A stretch of 64,000 nt of DNA, from assembly GCA_050741915.1 (NCBI GenBank), contig JBOGEX010000089.1:717-64716 (forward strand), in the 5' to 3' direction. The position numbers and the translations under genes were made by a program. The notes beneath the pieces were generated by a model. The model did not search any database. It saw nothing but the letters and a program-made list of their open reading frames with translations, and was not told where the DNA came from. Positions 30,262 through 38,959 of this stretch are shown in pieces. How positions within the stretch are numbered: position 1 is the first letter of the stretch; each line of letters starts with the position of its first letter. The DNA comes from Acidimicrobiia bacterium. GTDB lineage: Bacteria; Actinomycetota; Acidimicrobiia; Spongiisociales; ZC4RG35.

Positions 30262-31100
30262 TCTCAAGAAGTTTTCGAAAGTCTGGGTGTTGGTGTTGGT
30301 CTAGGCGGTAGCGGATCGGGACCACTCGGCCAGCGCAGCCGTCTCCGGTGGACCGGGGACTCGGGATCGATATCCATCCCTCGCCCATGGATGGCGACGT
30401 GATGGTGAAAGCTCATGGTTCTTTAGCCCGACCTCATGGGAAAGGCATAACGGGTTAAAGGACCATGATGAACAGAGGGTTATCAGGTTGTCGGGACGAT
30501 GGCTCCCACCCCGGCTTCGTTCCAAGAGGTGATGGATCTGGAGCCGGTAACGGCTCCGACAAACCTCGATCGCACACTGGCCGTGGTCCCGGCAGAGGAC
30601 CAAGCTTCTGATGGCGGATGGGACTGCCTCTCCCAGATCGGAGTAGAAGACACGGTTGAGGTCCTGGGCGATGAGACGGACCTTCCCCCCACAGAGGATC
30701 TCACTCAAGACGTCTGGACCCACCTTGGGTCAGGAGGAGAGGGTGACCCCGGCTTCACCGGTGGTGAGGGAGGCGAGCTGGGCATCGATAAAGACCTCGG
30801 CCACGGTCACCGCCCTTCCGTTCTCCTCCTCTCCTCCCCCGGTGAGCGAGTCGAGACAGATCGAGGCCAAGGCATCGGCCCTTCTCTGACAGTTCCAGAA
30901 GCTCGGAGGGAGACAGCCCGGTCTCGGAGAGCTGAGAAAGCCAGTAGGAGCGGTCGAAGCCGATCTTTCCCTCCCTTAACGCCGTTGATCCTCCTCAGCC
31001 ATAGGCCAGGGTGCGGAGCCGGGAGACGGTCTGGGGAGAGATGTCGAGGGTGGCACAGAGCCAGTCGCTCACGTTTCGTAACCCAGCCGACCTCCGGCGG
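30262..31100 (-). pseudogene. Decayed DUF222/HNH endonuclease (REP13E12-like), N-terminally truncated
   Basis: Recognisable pieces in three frames: NVSDWLCATLDISPQTVSRLRTLAYG*, GKIGFDRSYWLSQLSETGLSPSELLELSEKG, ADALASICLDSLTGGGEEENGRAVTVAEVFIDAQLASLTTGEAGVTLSS*, GPDVLSEILCGGKVRLI...CRSRYRLQIHHLLERSRGGSHRPDNLITLC and SFHHHVAIHGRGMDIDPESP. In-frame TGA at 30730-30732. Confidence 0.7.
30414..30467. repeat. Miniature palindromic insertion inside the HNH motif (17-nt arms, 15/17 complementary, 20-nt spacer)
   Basis: catggttctttagcccg (30414-30430) and cgggttaaaggaccatg (30451-30467). Deleting 55 nt rejoins ...LITLCS/SFHHHVAIH... in frame. Confidence 0.55.
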
Positions 31101-31222
31101 AGAAGAATCAGAAAAAAGTTCAGAGCCTCCTAAACCCCTCACCGATCCGCATCACCACCCCCGAAGCTTCGCCGCCATCCCAATACCTCTTGCTGTTTCC
31201 TCCGCGGAAGATGCTCCCCTAA

Positions 31223-31996
31223 TTATCGACCCTGGAAACGTGCCGGTCGTTTTTCCAGAAACGAATTCACGCCTTCGACTGCGTCGTCGCTGGCGAGACA
31301 GATGGCCTGGGCTTGGCCCTCACTTGCCAGTGCCTGGGAGAAATCGAGCTGCAGCGAGGCGTTGAGGTTCTGCTTCGTAAACATTTGTGCCACCGGGGCG
31401 CCGGCTGCGAGCGCCGACGTGAGCTCCTGCATGCGCTCCTCAACGGTGTCGGGCTCGATGACTTCGAGGACCAGCCCAATGGCCGCTGCCTCGTTGGCGT
31501 CGATGATCCTCCCGGTTAGGGAAAGCTCTTTGGCTCTTTGCAACCCGACCATGCGTGGCAAGAGCCAGATTCCCCCGAAGTCGAGGGTTAATCCCCTTTG
31601 GACGAAGATCTCGCTGAAGCGGGCCCGGGAAGTGGCGACGACGAGATCGCATCCGAGGGCGAGGTTCATCCCAGCGCCGGCGGCGATGCCATCGACCAGG
31701 GCCACGGTCGGTTTGGTCAATCGATGGAGGGCCATCGCCGCCTCGCCCACCCTTTGCATGCGCCGACGATTGGCCACTAACCCGGTCTCATTGCGTGCTT
31801 CCGGATCGAGATCGGCTCCGGAACAGAAGGCGCCGCCTGCTCCGGTGATGACCAGCACGCGTTGATCTGACAACTCGAATTCCACAAAACCTGTCCGGAG
31901 TTCGTCCCAGCCTTCGGGTGGAACCGCATTCTTTCGCTCGACTCGATCGAGGGTTAGCCAGCGAACAGAGCCGCGGTCATCGGAGCGCAACCACAT
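31223..31996 (-). CDS. Enoyl-CoA hydratase/isomerase (crotonase) family protein
   Basis: 257 aa; VLVITGAGGAFCSGADL oxyanion-hole motif. Confidence 0.85.
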   Translation of the reverse strand: MWLRSDDRGSVRWLTLDRVERKNAVPPEGWDELRTGFVEFELSDQRVLVITGAGGAFCSGADLDPEARNETGLVANRRRMQRVGEAAMALHRLTKPTVALVDGIAAGAGMNLALGCDLVVATSRARFSEIFVQRGLTLDFGGIWLLPRMVGLQRAKELSLTGRIIDANEAAAIGLVLEVIEPDTVEERMQELTSALAAGAPVAQMFTKQNLNASLQLDFSQALASEGQAQAICLASDDAVEGVNSFLEKRPARFQGR

Positions 31997-32041
31997 GGCC
32001 GGTCACGGTAGCCCCGGGGGTCGCCGGTAACGTGCCTGGCC

Positions 32042-32152
32042 ATGGGCTTCAACCCGTTCCGACCGGCCCGCAAGGGCGCCGCCGACCTGGCTCTTGTGGC
32101 CGGAACGATCATCGTCGTCATCGGCCTCGTGCTGTGGGCGATCTGGGCATAA
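32042..32152 (+). CDS. 36-aa single-TM small protein (below the ORF-track cutoff)
   Basis: ATG..TAA read by eye: MGFNPFRPARKGAADLALVAGTIIVVIGLVLWAIWA. Basic N-terminus plus one hydrophobic helix; stop lies 2 nt before the next start. Confidence 0.45.
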   Translation: MGFNPFRPARKGAADLALVAGTIIVVIGLVLWAIWA

Positions 32153-32154
32153 CC

Positions 32155-32340
32155 GTGACGCCCGTGCAGCCGCACGCAGCTCGCAAGCAATACCTCTGTC
32201 CCGGGTGCAACAACTCGATCCTGGTCGGCGTCTTTCATTTGGTGGTGGTGCCCGATGACGAGCCGGAGGACAGACGGCATTGGCATCACGGCTGCTGGCA
32301 CAAGGAAATGCGCCGTCGCTTCGGGGCGGGGGCGAGGTGA
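32155..32340 (+). CDS. 61-aa Cys/His-rich (zinc-ribbon-like) small protein
   Basis: GTG start: VTPVQPHAARKQYLCPGCNNSILVGVFHLVVVPDDEPEDRRHWHHGCWHKEMRRRF. CPGC ... HHGC ligand pattern. The upstream part of ORF 31918..32340 overlaps the crotonase gene. Confidence 0.55.
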   Translation: MTPVQPHAARKQYLCPGCNNSILVGVFHLVVVPDDEPEDRRHWHHGCWHKEMRRRFGAGAR

Positions 32341-32684
32341 CCACCACCGAGCTACTGGACTACAGCCTCGCCAAACCGGGCGCCTGGCAGGACGAACCCT
32401 GGGAAGGAGACGTTGTCGCCAAAGTCGGTGACAAGATCTTCGCTTTTTTTGGGCCGGAGGGAGTGGGGGTGAAGTGTGGTCGCCACCGAGACGATGCCGA
32501 CGAGTGGTTGATTCGATTCCCCAACGACGCCTCGGTCATGGCGTACATCGGGCGCTCGGGCTGGAACACCCTGCTATTTGGCGGCGATATCCCCGACGAT
32601 GAGATCCTGGCCGCGATCGACGACTCCTACGACATGGTGGTGGCCAAGCTTCCCAAACGCTTGCGGCCAACTCCAACCACCTGA
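32337..32684 (+). CDS. MmcQ/YjbR family protein
   Basis: GTG within a GTGA overlap. LLDYSLAKPGAWQDEPWEGDVVAKVGDKIFAFF...GWNTL is the typical YjbR pattern. Confidence 0.75.
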   Translation: MTTTELLDYSLAKPGAWQDEPWEGDVVAKVGDKIFAFFGPEGVGVKCGRHRDDADEWLIRFPNDASVMAYIGRSGWNTLLFGGDIPDDEILAAIDDSYDMVVAKLPKRLRPTPTT

Positions 32685-32686
32685 TC

Positions 32687-32727
32687 TGTGAAGGTTCGCG
32701 CGGCCGGGAGCCGCGAAGACCTTCACA
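32687..32727. repeat. REP-like palindrome, third copy (tgtgaaggttcgcgcggc-cggga-gccgcgaagaccttcaca)
   Basis: Same arms and loop size as 4859-4899, with 3 central arm mismatches. Again lies between convergent stops. Confidence 0.75.
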
Positions 32728-32733
32728 GAAGGG

Positions 32734-33498
32734 TTAGGCGTCGCGGAGCTTGAGCCCGGCCCAGGAGATCAGTACTCCGAGGATGGACCAACCGAGGACG
32801 ACGATCAGACCCCGACGGAAGGTCGGGAGGTCCGAAAGGAACTGGCCAAATCCACCAACGCTGAGTGAGCCCAGGAGCGCCGAGGTATGAATCGACAGCG
32901 ACACCTCCCGAAAGTCCTCCCAGAGGATCAAGATCCCCTCAACAAAGCTGAACGCCAGGGCGGCGCCGATCGCCGGACCGACGGAGCGCAGCCAGGAGGA
33001 AAATGCGAGTCCTACCCCGACCCAGGTGAACTGGACCAGGAGCGCTTTCCAGGCGATGTCCCACCACTCGGCGGCATCCAATTCCCCCGACCCCGAAGCC
33101 AGGAAAAACGTCGCGATCGAAAAGACCCCGATGGCGAAAAGGATCGCTAGCCAGGCGGACAGAGTGGTGGTGAACAGGCGGGCAACCAGATGCTGGCCGC
33201 GGCGGCTATTGCGAGTCAACGTTGTCGACCAGGCAGAGGTGGCAAGCTCTCCGGCCAGGGCCATCGTCGCCAGGATGAGCGGAAACCAGGTCTGACCCAT
33301 CACCTGGCCGGCCCCGAAAATGTAGGCGCCCGGCTTGGCGACCTCGAAGAACCCGCCGCCCTGGTCGTCGATCACCCGCGGTAGGAGGTAGAAGATCCCC
33401 GCCAGGAACCCTGTTAGCAAGGTGAGGACGATGGTCAGAACCCAGAAGGTTCGTCGTTTGAACGTCTTGACCAGCTCCGCCCTGATCAATCCAATCAC
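32734..33498 (-). CDS. ABC-2 type transporter permease
   Basis: GTG at 33498 (VIGLIRAELVKTFKRRTFWVLTIVL...), 6 predicted TM. Lies 7 nt after the ATPase stop. Confidence 0.75.
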   Translation of the reverse strand: MIGLIRAELVKTFKRRTFWVLTIVLTLLTGFLAGIFYLLPRVIDDQGGGFFEVAKPGAYIFGAGQVMGQTWFPLILATMALAGELATSAWSTTLTRNSRRGQHLVARLFTTTLSAWLAILFAIGVFSIATFFLASGSGELDAAEWWDIAWKALLVQFTWVGVGLAFSSWLRSVGPAIGAALAFSFVEGILILWEDFREVSLSIHTSALLGSLSVGGFGQFLSDLPTFRRGLIVVLGWSILGVLISWAGLKLRDA

Positions 33499-33505
33499 TT
33501 TGCCC

Positions 33506-34396
33506 TCATCGATCGCTCTCGGTGAGGGAGAGAAACAATTCCTCGAGGCGCCCCGAGCGGCGGGCGAGCTCGCGGGGGTAAAGCCCGGCTGCGGCCAATG
33601 CTCGCGACACCGAGGCCCCATCATCGGTCGAAACCGCCACTCGGTCACCTTCGACAGTGGCGGTAATGCCAGCCTCGACCAAGACAGCCGCGGCCCTGTC
33701 GGGCTGGTCGATTTCGACTGTGTACCCGCTCCGAAAGGAACCGAGCAGCGACGCCAGATCGCCGGCGGCGAGGAGGCGGCCCCTGTTGATCACCACGACG
33801 TGGTCGGCCATCGCCTCGACGTCAGAGAGGTCGTGCGAGGAGACGATGACGGTCGTTCCTTGAGTGGTCAGCTGCCGCAAGCTGTCCTTGATTTGCGCCT
33901 GGCCGGCGGGGTCGAGGCCGTCGAGTGGTTCGTCGAGGATCAAAAGCTCAGGATTGCCCAACAATGCGGCCGCCAAGGCCAGGCGCTGGCGCATCCCCTT
34001 CGAGTATCCGTCGATCCGCCTTCCTCCCTCGGTGCCCAGTCCGGAAAACTCGAGTAGGTCGTCGACCCGGTCGTGCCCGCGGCCCAAGGTGCGCGCTGCC
34101 ACGAGCAGGTTGTCGCGACCCGACAGTCCCTTCACCAGCCCTGGTTCCTCGACGATGGCCCCCAGCCGTTTGGTGATCTCGGGTAGCCGCTCGCGCACAG
34201 ACATCCCCAACACTTCCATGGATCCGGCGTCTGGTTTCGTCAAGCCCAACAACGAGCGGAAAGTGGTGGTTTTGCCGGCGCCGTTGGGCCCCAGGAAGCC
34301 GCTTACCTTCCCGGCGGGAAATGTGAAGGAAAGCCCGTCAAGCGCAACGGTCTTGCGATAGCGCTTGCGAAGTCCCTCGGCAACTATCGCATCCAT
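33506..34396 (-). CDS. ABC transporter ATP-binding protein (DrrA/CcmA-like)
   Basis: GPNGAGKTT Walker A, YSKGMRQRLALA signature, LLILDEP Walker B. Confidence 0.9.
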   Translation of the reverse strand: MDAIVAEGLRKRYRKTVALDGLSFTFPAGKVSGFLGPNGAGKTTTFRSLLGLTKPDAGSMEVLGMSVRERLPEITKRLGAIVEEPGLVKGLSGRDNLLVAARTLGRGHDRVDDLLEFSGLGTEGGRRIDGYSKGMRQRLALAAALLGNPELLILDEPLDGLDPAGQAQIKDSLRQLTTQGTTVIVSSHDLSDVEAMADHVVVINRGRLLAAGDLASLLGSFRSGYTVEIDQPDRAAAVLVEAGITATVEGDRVAVSTDDGASVSRALAAAGLYPRELARRSGRLEELFLSLTESDR

Positions 34397-34420
34397 CGGT
34401 TTTTGAGGCTACTCGGCCCC

Positions 34421-34786
34421 TTACGCAGCCCTCGGTACCCAGTGAAGATCGGTGCCGCCCGGATGAAAACGAACAGTGATCAGGTCGACTCGCGGACAAC
34501 GAGAGAAGCGCGCCACTCGTCGGACCTGTTGCGCCTTCTGAAAACCGAAGGCCAAGAGTGGGTCGGCCGATGGCCAGGTGGCATCGGAACGGGATCGGGT
34601 CGAACGAACCTCGACCAGCGTTCGCTCTCCGCAAATACTGGTGAGGATGTCGATCTCCCCCGGATCAAGGACCAGGTTGCGACCGATGATCGGATGGCCC
34701 CTGTCTTCGAGAAATCGGACCGCGCTCTCCTCGCCGAGTCGACCAAGGGCTGCTCTATCAATGGTTCGACAGGTAGCCCAATCCAT
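34421..34786 (-). CDS. yraN: YraN family (UPF0102) endonuclease-like protein
   Basis: GRLGEESAVRFLEDRGHPIIGRN...GEIDIL...LVEVRS pattern; 121 aa. Confidence 0.8.
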   Translation of the reverse strand: MDWATCRTIDRAALGRLGEESAVRFLEDRGHPIIGRNLVLDPGEIDILTSICGERTLVEVRSTRSRSDATWPSADPLLAFGFQKAQQVRRVARFSRCPRVDLITVRFHPGGTDLHWVPRAA

Positions 34787-34843
34787 GACTGAATGTCATA
34801 GACGAAGCCAGGGACAAGGCCATGTCCTTCCGGCGAACCCAGG

Positions 34844-35494
34844 TCAGGGTCGAGAGTCGACGCCCCCGAACCGGCCGGGCGGCCAGATTCGAACCACGGC
34901 CTCCCCCAGGACGCGGTCCATCGGGATGGCCCCAAAGCGGCGGCTGTCGTAGGAGACGAGGCGGTTGTCGCCCATTACGAATACGGACTCCGGAGGCACC
35001 ATGACCGGACCGAAGTCGGGCATGATCCCCGGGTCGAGCAGGTAAGGCTCTTCGACCCGGGCGCCGTTGAGATGCAGGTATCCCTCGCGCACCGACACCT
35101 CGTCCCCGGCGATGGCCACGACCCGTTTGATCAGGTCGTCGGCTGACGCCGTCCTGATCCCGACCGATTCGACGATGTGACGGAGCACGGCCTCGCCGAA
35201 CGACTCCTCTTCGATGTCGTGATTGAACGGTGAGATGAAGACAACGATGTCTCCTCGCTGCGGCCGCCCAACCTGATAGCTGAGCTTGGAAACCATGACC
35301 CGGTCGTTCTCGATGATGGTCGGCACCATCGAATCGGAGGGAATGTAGAAGGGCTGGATCAGAAAAGTCTTGATGATCACGGCGATCGTGATCGCGACCA
35401 GCAGGAGCATCGGCAGCTCGATCCACAGCGGCCGATTCGGTTTGGGCTGGCGGTGTCTTGACTCCCTGCGCGGGGCCGGCGCCTCGACGGTCAG
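34844..35494 (-). CDS. lepB: Signal peptidase I; probable CTG start at 35494 (first canonical ATG is at 35410)
   Basis: SDSMVPT catalytic Ser box. The 28 codons upstream of ATG 35410 are in frame, stop-free and read [28 protein letters not shown]. The CTG overlaps the rplS TGA as CTGA. Confidence 0.8.
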   Translation of the reverse strand: MTVEAPAPRRESRHRQPKPNRPLWIELPMLLLVAITIAVIIKTFLIQPFYIPSDSMVPTIIENDRVMVSKLSYQVGRPQRGDIVVFISPFNHDIEEESFGEAVLRHIVESVGIRTASADDLIKRVVAIAGDEVSVREGYLHLNGARVEEPYLLDPGIMPDFGPVMVPPESVFVMGDNRLVSYDSRRFGAIPMDRVLGEAVVRIWPPGRFGGVDSRP

Positions 35495-35835
35495 TCCCGC
35501 TTCTCCCTGATACGGGCGGACTTGCCCACCCGGTCTCGCAGGTAATAGAGCTTCGATCGACGGACGTCTCCCCGCCGGGTCACCTCGACCTTTTGGATGA
35601 TCGGAGCGCTGAAGGGAAAGACTCGTTCCACACCGACCCCAAAGCTCACCTTTCTGACGGTGAAGCTGGAATCGAGACCGCTGCCATTACGGGCGATCAC
35701 GACTCCTTCGAAAACCTGGGTCCGCTCCCGGTTGCCTTCCGTCACCCGGACGTGAACCTTGACAGTGTCGCCCGGGCGAAACGCGGGGATGTCGTCGCGC
35801 GCGTGGTCGCCCTTGAGCATGTCGAGCTTGTGCAT
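35491..35835 (-). CDS. rplS: 50S ribosomal protein L19
   Basis: 114 aa; [29 protein letters not shown]. Confidence 0.95.
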   Translation of the reverse strand: MHKLDMLKGDHARDDIPAFRPGDTVKVHVRVTEGNRERTQVFEGVVIARNGSGLDSSFTVRKVSFGVGVERVFPFSAPIIQKVEVTRRGDVRRSKLYYLRDRVGKSARIREKRD

Positions 35836-35883
35836 CGAAGTTTCCTTAGGGAGTACTGGCGAATTGCCAGGAACCAGATGTTA

Positions 35884-36555
35884 TCAGGAGTCGGACTTTC
35901 CCAGATCCGGACGGCGCCTCCTCGTTCTCTCGATCTGCTGCTCGCGACGCCAGTCCGCGATTCGACCATGATCGCCCGAAAGGAGCACGCCGGGGACTTG
36001 CCAGCCTTGGAAGCTCTGCGGTCGCGTGTAGTGAGGTTCTTCGAGGAGGCCATTGCGAAATGACTCGGTTTCCGTCGAGGTGGGATTGCCTACGACCCCG
36101 GGAAGCAGGCGGATCACACCTTCGACGATTGCGGCTGCCGCGATTTCACCGCCGGCCAGGACGAAGTCGCCAAGCGATATCTCTTCGTCGACCAAATGCT
36201 CGGCAACGCGTTCGTCAATTCCCTCGTAGCGGCCGCAAACGAGAGCCAGATCCGAAAGCCCGGCCAGCCGGTCGAGATGGGATTGATCGAGCGGCACACC
36301 CGCTGGGCCGAGCAAGACCTTGTGCCCGGAAGCAAGCGGGGCGAGAGCCTGGGCGATCGGCTCGACCATCATCACCATGCCCGGACCCCCGCCAAAGGGA
36401 GCGTCATCGACCTGGCGGTGAATCCCTTTTCCGTAGGGTCGCAGATCGATCAGGTCAACTGAAACAACGCCCGCTTCGAGGGCGCGGGCGACGATCGAGG
36501 TCTGGAGGATCCCGGAGAAGAACCCGGGGAAAAGGGTTATGACAGAGATCCTCAC
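35884..36555 (-). CDS. trmD: tRNA (guanine37-N1)-methyltransferase
   Basis: GTG at 36555 gives (V)RISVITLFPGFFSGIL..., the canonical TrmD start. The longer ORF adds an atypical 37-aa leader. Confidence 0.9.
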   Translation of the reverse strand: MRISVITLFPGFFSGILQTSIVARALEAGVVSVDLIDLRPYGKGIHRQVDDAPFGGGPGMVMMVEPIAQALAPLASGHKVLLGPAGVPLDQSHLDRLAGLSDLALVCGRYEGIDERVAEHLVDEEISLGDFVLAGGEIAAAAIVEGVIRLLPGVVGNPTSTETESFRNGLLEEPHYTRPQSFQGWQVPGVLLSGDHGRIADWRREQQIERTRRRRPDLGKSDS

Positions 36556-37736
36556 CGCAGGTCTTTCGGCAGCCCCAGGATGCGCTCGGCGATGATGTTG
36601 CGCTGGATCTGATCGGTGCCGCCCCCGATCCTCAGGCCGGGCGTTCCCAGGAATGCTTTTTGCCATTCCCCGCCGGAAGGGGCATCGCCATTGGCCAACA
36701 ATCCGTCGGCGCCTAGTAAGTCGAGTGCCTGGTCGAAGAGGTCGGCCAAAAGGATGGTTCCGACCAGTTTGGCGGAGGAACCCTCCGGGCCGGGGATACG
36801 ACCCTGGGCCAACGCGGTCGCCATCCGCAGCTGGGTGTAGCCGAGAGCCCTCCCCGCCACGAGAACCTTCAAGAAACGATCGCGGGTGTGACCGCCGTTG
36901 ATACCTCGTTCCCGGAGCAGGGTGGTGTAGGCATCGGCCACGGTAGCTCCGACCGAGAGCACAGCCGTGCGCTCGAACATGAACGTGGTGATTACGACCC
37001 GCCAGCCGTCGCCCACCTCACCGATGCGATCCGAGTCGGGAACTCGAACATCGTTGAGAAAGACTTCGCTGAAGTTGGCCGAACCGGTCATCTGGCGAAT
37101 CGGTCGGGCCTCCACTCCCGGCGAGCGCATGTCGACGACGAAAGCCGAAAGGCCCTGGTGAGCTGGGACGTCGGGGTTGGTGCGGGCGATACAGAGACCC
37201 CAATCGGAAAGGTGGGCGAAGGTGGTCCAGACCTTCTGACCGGAGATGACCCATTCATCTCCGTCCCGCTCGGCCTTGGTGCTAAGCGAAACGAGATCAG
37301 AACCCGAGCCAGGCTCGGAGAAGAGCTGACAACAGACTTTTTCGCCGGAAAGAAGCGGCGGGAGCAGACGTTGTCGCTGCGCTTCGTTGCCGAGAAGGAG
37401 GATGGCGGGTCCGCACCAGCCCAGGCCCACGACCAGGGCATCGTGGGGTACATCGAAGCGAGCTTCCTCGGCCGCGAAGATACCCGCTTCGACGATGCTG
37501 CCCTCCCGGCCACCATATGCGGTCGGCCAGGCAATACCAGCCCACCCGGCGTCGAACTTGCGCTTCTGCAATGCCCGGGCCTCGAGAAGTCTCTCTTTCT
37601 CCTCCTCCGGGCTCCACTCGGCCACGATGGCGGAAGGAGCGATCATCGGGGACTGCGGCCTGCGAGCATTGGCCTCGAGCCAGGCCAGGGCCTCGGCCCG
37701 GAACTGCGCCTCAGAAGGAGAGTCGAACGGCTCCAT
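36552..37736 (-). CDS. Acyl-CoA dehydrogenase family protein
   Basis: Start at ATG 37736 (MEPFDSPSEAQFRAEALAWLEANARR). About 394 aa with typical ACAD layout. Stop overlaps the trmD GTG (GTGA). Confidence 0.85.
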   Translation of the reverse strand: MEPFDSPSEAQFRAEALAWLEANARRPQSPMIAPSAIVAEWSPEEEKERLLEARALQKRKFDAGWAGIAWPTAYGGREGSIVEAGIFAAEEARFDVPHDALVVGLGWCGPAILLLGNEAQRQRLLPPLLSGEKVCCQLFSEPGSGSDLVSLSTKAERDGDEWVISGQKVWTTFAHLSDWGLCIARTNPDVPAHQGLSAFVVDMRSPGVEARPIRQMTGSANFSEVFLNDVRVPDSDRIGEVGDGWRVVITTFMFERTAVLSVGATVADAYTTLLRERGINGGHTRDRFLKVLVAGRALGYTQLRMATALAQGRIPGPEGSSAKLVGTILLADLFDQALDLLGADGLLANGDAPSGGEWQKAFLGTPGLRIGGGTDQIQRNIIAERILGLPKDLR

Positions 37737-37761
37737 TCCCAGGAGTATGGCCCTAGGCCAG

Positions 37762-38514
37762 CTAGCTATCGATCCTCGTGACTTCGATGTCTCCGGAGAC
37801 GGTACGGGCCCGGAGCCTGGCGACCCGATCGGGGGCGGCGGTGCTCTTCGTCTTCGGCAACCGGACATCGCCCGACAGCGAATCGATCTCGGCGTCGACC
37901 CTGGTCCCGGCGGGGATTCCGATCCGCACGTCACCCGACATCGACTTCAACTCGATGAGCCCGCCCCGACAGCACCCCACTCGTAGATCACCAGAAGCCG
38001 ATTTGATCTCGCAACGGCCTTCGATCCGATCGGCGATGATGTCGCCCGAGGCGGTAGAAACACTGAGGTCGCCGTGGATCTGATGCACGCGGACGTCGCC
38101 GGAGGCAGAACTGACCTCGCAATCGTTGAGGATCTCGTCGATCTTGATGTCGCCAGAGGCGCTTCTCAGTACTGCACCGTCGACTTGGCCGAAGTCCAGA
38201 TCGCCGGATGCGGTTTGAACGTTGGTCCGTCCCAGGTCGACCCGCGAATAGATGTCCAACGAGGCGACACTCGCATCGAGGTGAGACCCGGGTGGCGTGC
38301 TCACGCGAATGTTGACGCTACGCCCGCCGAAGAGCCTCCTTTCCTCTCTTATCAGAATTGTCGACCCGAGTTTCTCGACGATGACGTATTCGGCGCCACT
38401 GCCGGTGACGGCCACCTCGACATTACCGGCCGCGGCAGGGTGGAGGTCGGCGCGACCGGAAGCCACTCGAATCTCGATCGTTGGGAGGTCGTCGACATCG
38501 AACTCATAAGTCAT
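37762..38514 (-). CDS. DUF4097 (putative adhesin / LiaG-like) beta-strand repeat protein, no signal peptide or TM
   Basis: 250 aa with eight [ST]xSGD[ILV] rungs: TASGDL, SASGDI, SASGDV, TASGDI, SASGDL, SMSGDV, SLSGDV, TVSGDI. Confidence 0.8.
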   Translation of the reverse strand: MTYEFDVDDLPTIEIRVASGRADLHPAAAGNVEVAVTGSGAEYVIVEKLGSTILIREERRLFGGRSVNIRVSTPPGSHLDASVASLDIYSRVDLGRTNVQTASGDLDFGQVDGAVLRSASGDIKIDEILNDCEVSSASGDVRVHQIHGDLSVSTASGDIIADRIEGRCEIKSASGDLRVGCCRGGLIELKSMSGDVRIGIPAGTRVDAEIDSLSGDVRLPKTKSTAAPDRVARLRARTVSGDIEVTRIDS

Positions 38515-38954
38515 ATATCGAGGGTTTCGACGATTCGTCGTTTGCCGGCGCGGGGACCATGGGCTTTGCCGGCCAGCGTCTTCACCACCCAGGTGTTGAC
38601 CGAGTCGCCCGATTCGGTGGCCGCTCGCTCGACGATTTCTTTGATGGCGGGAGGAAGGCGGAGGGTGATGCGGGCGTCAAAGTCGCCTTCGACCGACGTG
38701 GCTTTGGCCTCGTCGGCGGTTATACGAATCGTGGGTTCGCCTTCGGCGAGTACCAATTCGACCCGGTAGGCGGGTAACTGGGCACGTACTTCATCTGTGG
38801 CCTGCGCGGCCAACTCCATGGCCGCCTCTTTGAGCGCTGGGCGCAAGGCGGCGAGTACCGCACCTCCACCGGCTTCAACCGAGGGATCGGCCACCAAGGC
38901 CAACTGGGTCTCGATGGCCGATTCCAGGTTGTGCAGGACTGCGGAGGTCTGCAT
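38511..38954 (-). CDS. Ribbon-helix-helix (HicB/Arc-like C-terminus) protein with an unknown helical N-terminal domain of about 95 aa
   Basis: C-terminus ARITLRLPPAIKEIVERAATESGDSVNTWVVKTL is an RHH pattern. ATGA overlap with the DUF4097 gene. Confidence 0.7.
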   Translation of the reverse strand: MQTSAVLHNLESAIETQLALVADPSVEAGGGAVLAALRPALKEAAMELAAQATDEVRAQLPAYRVELVLAEGEPTIRITADEAKATSVEGDFDARITLRLPPAIKEIVERAATESGDSVNTWVVKTLAGKAHGPRAGKRRIVETLDI

Positions 38955-38959
38955 CTGCC

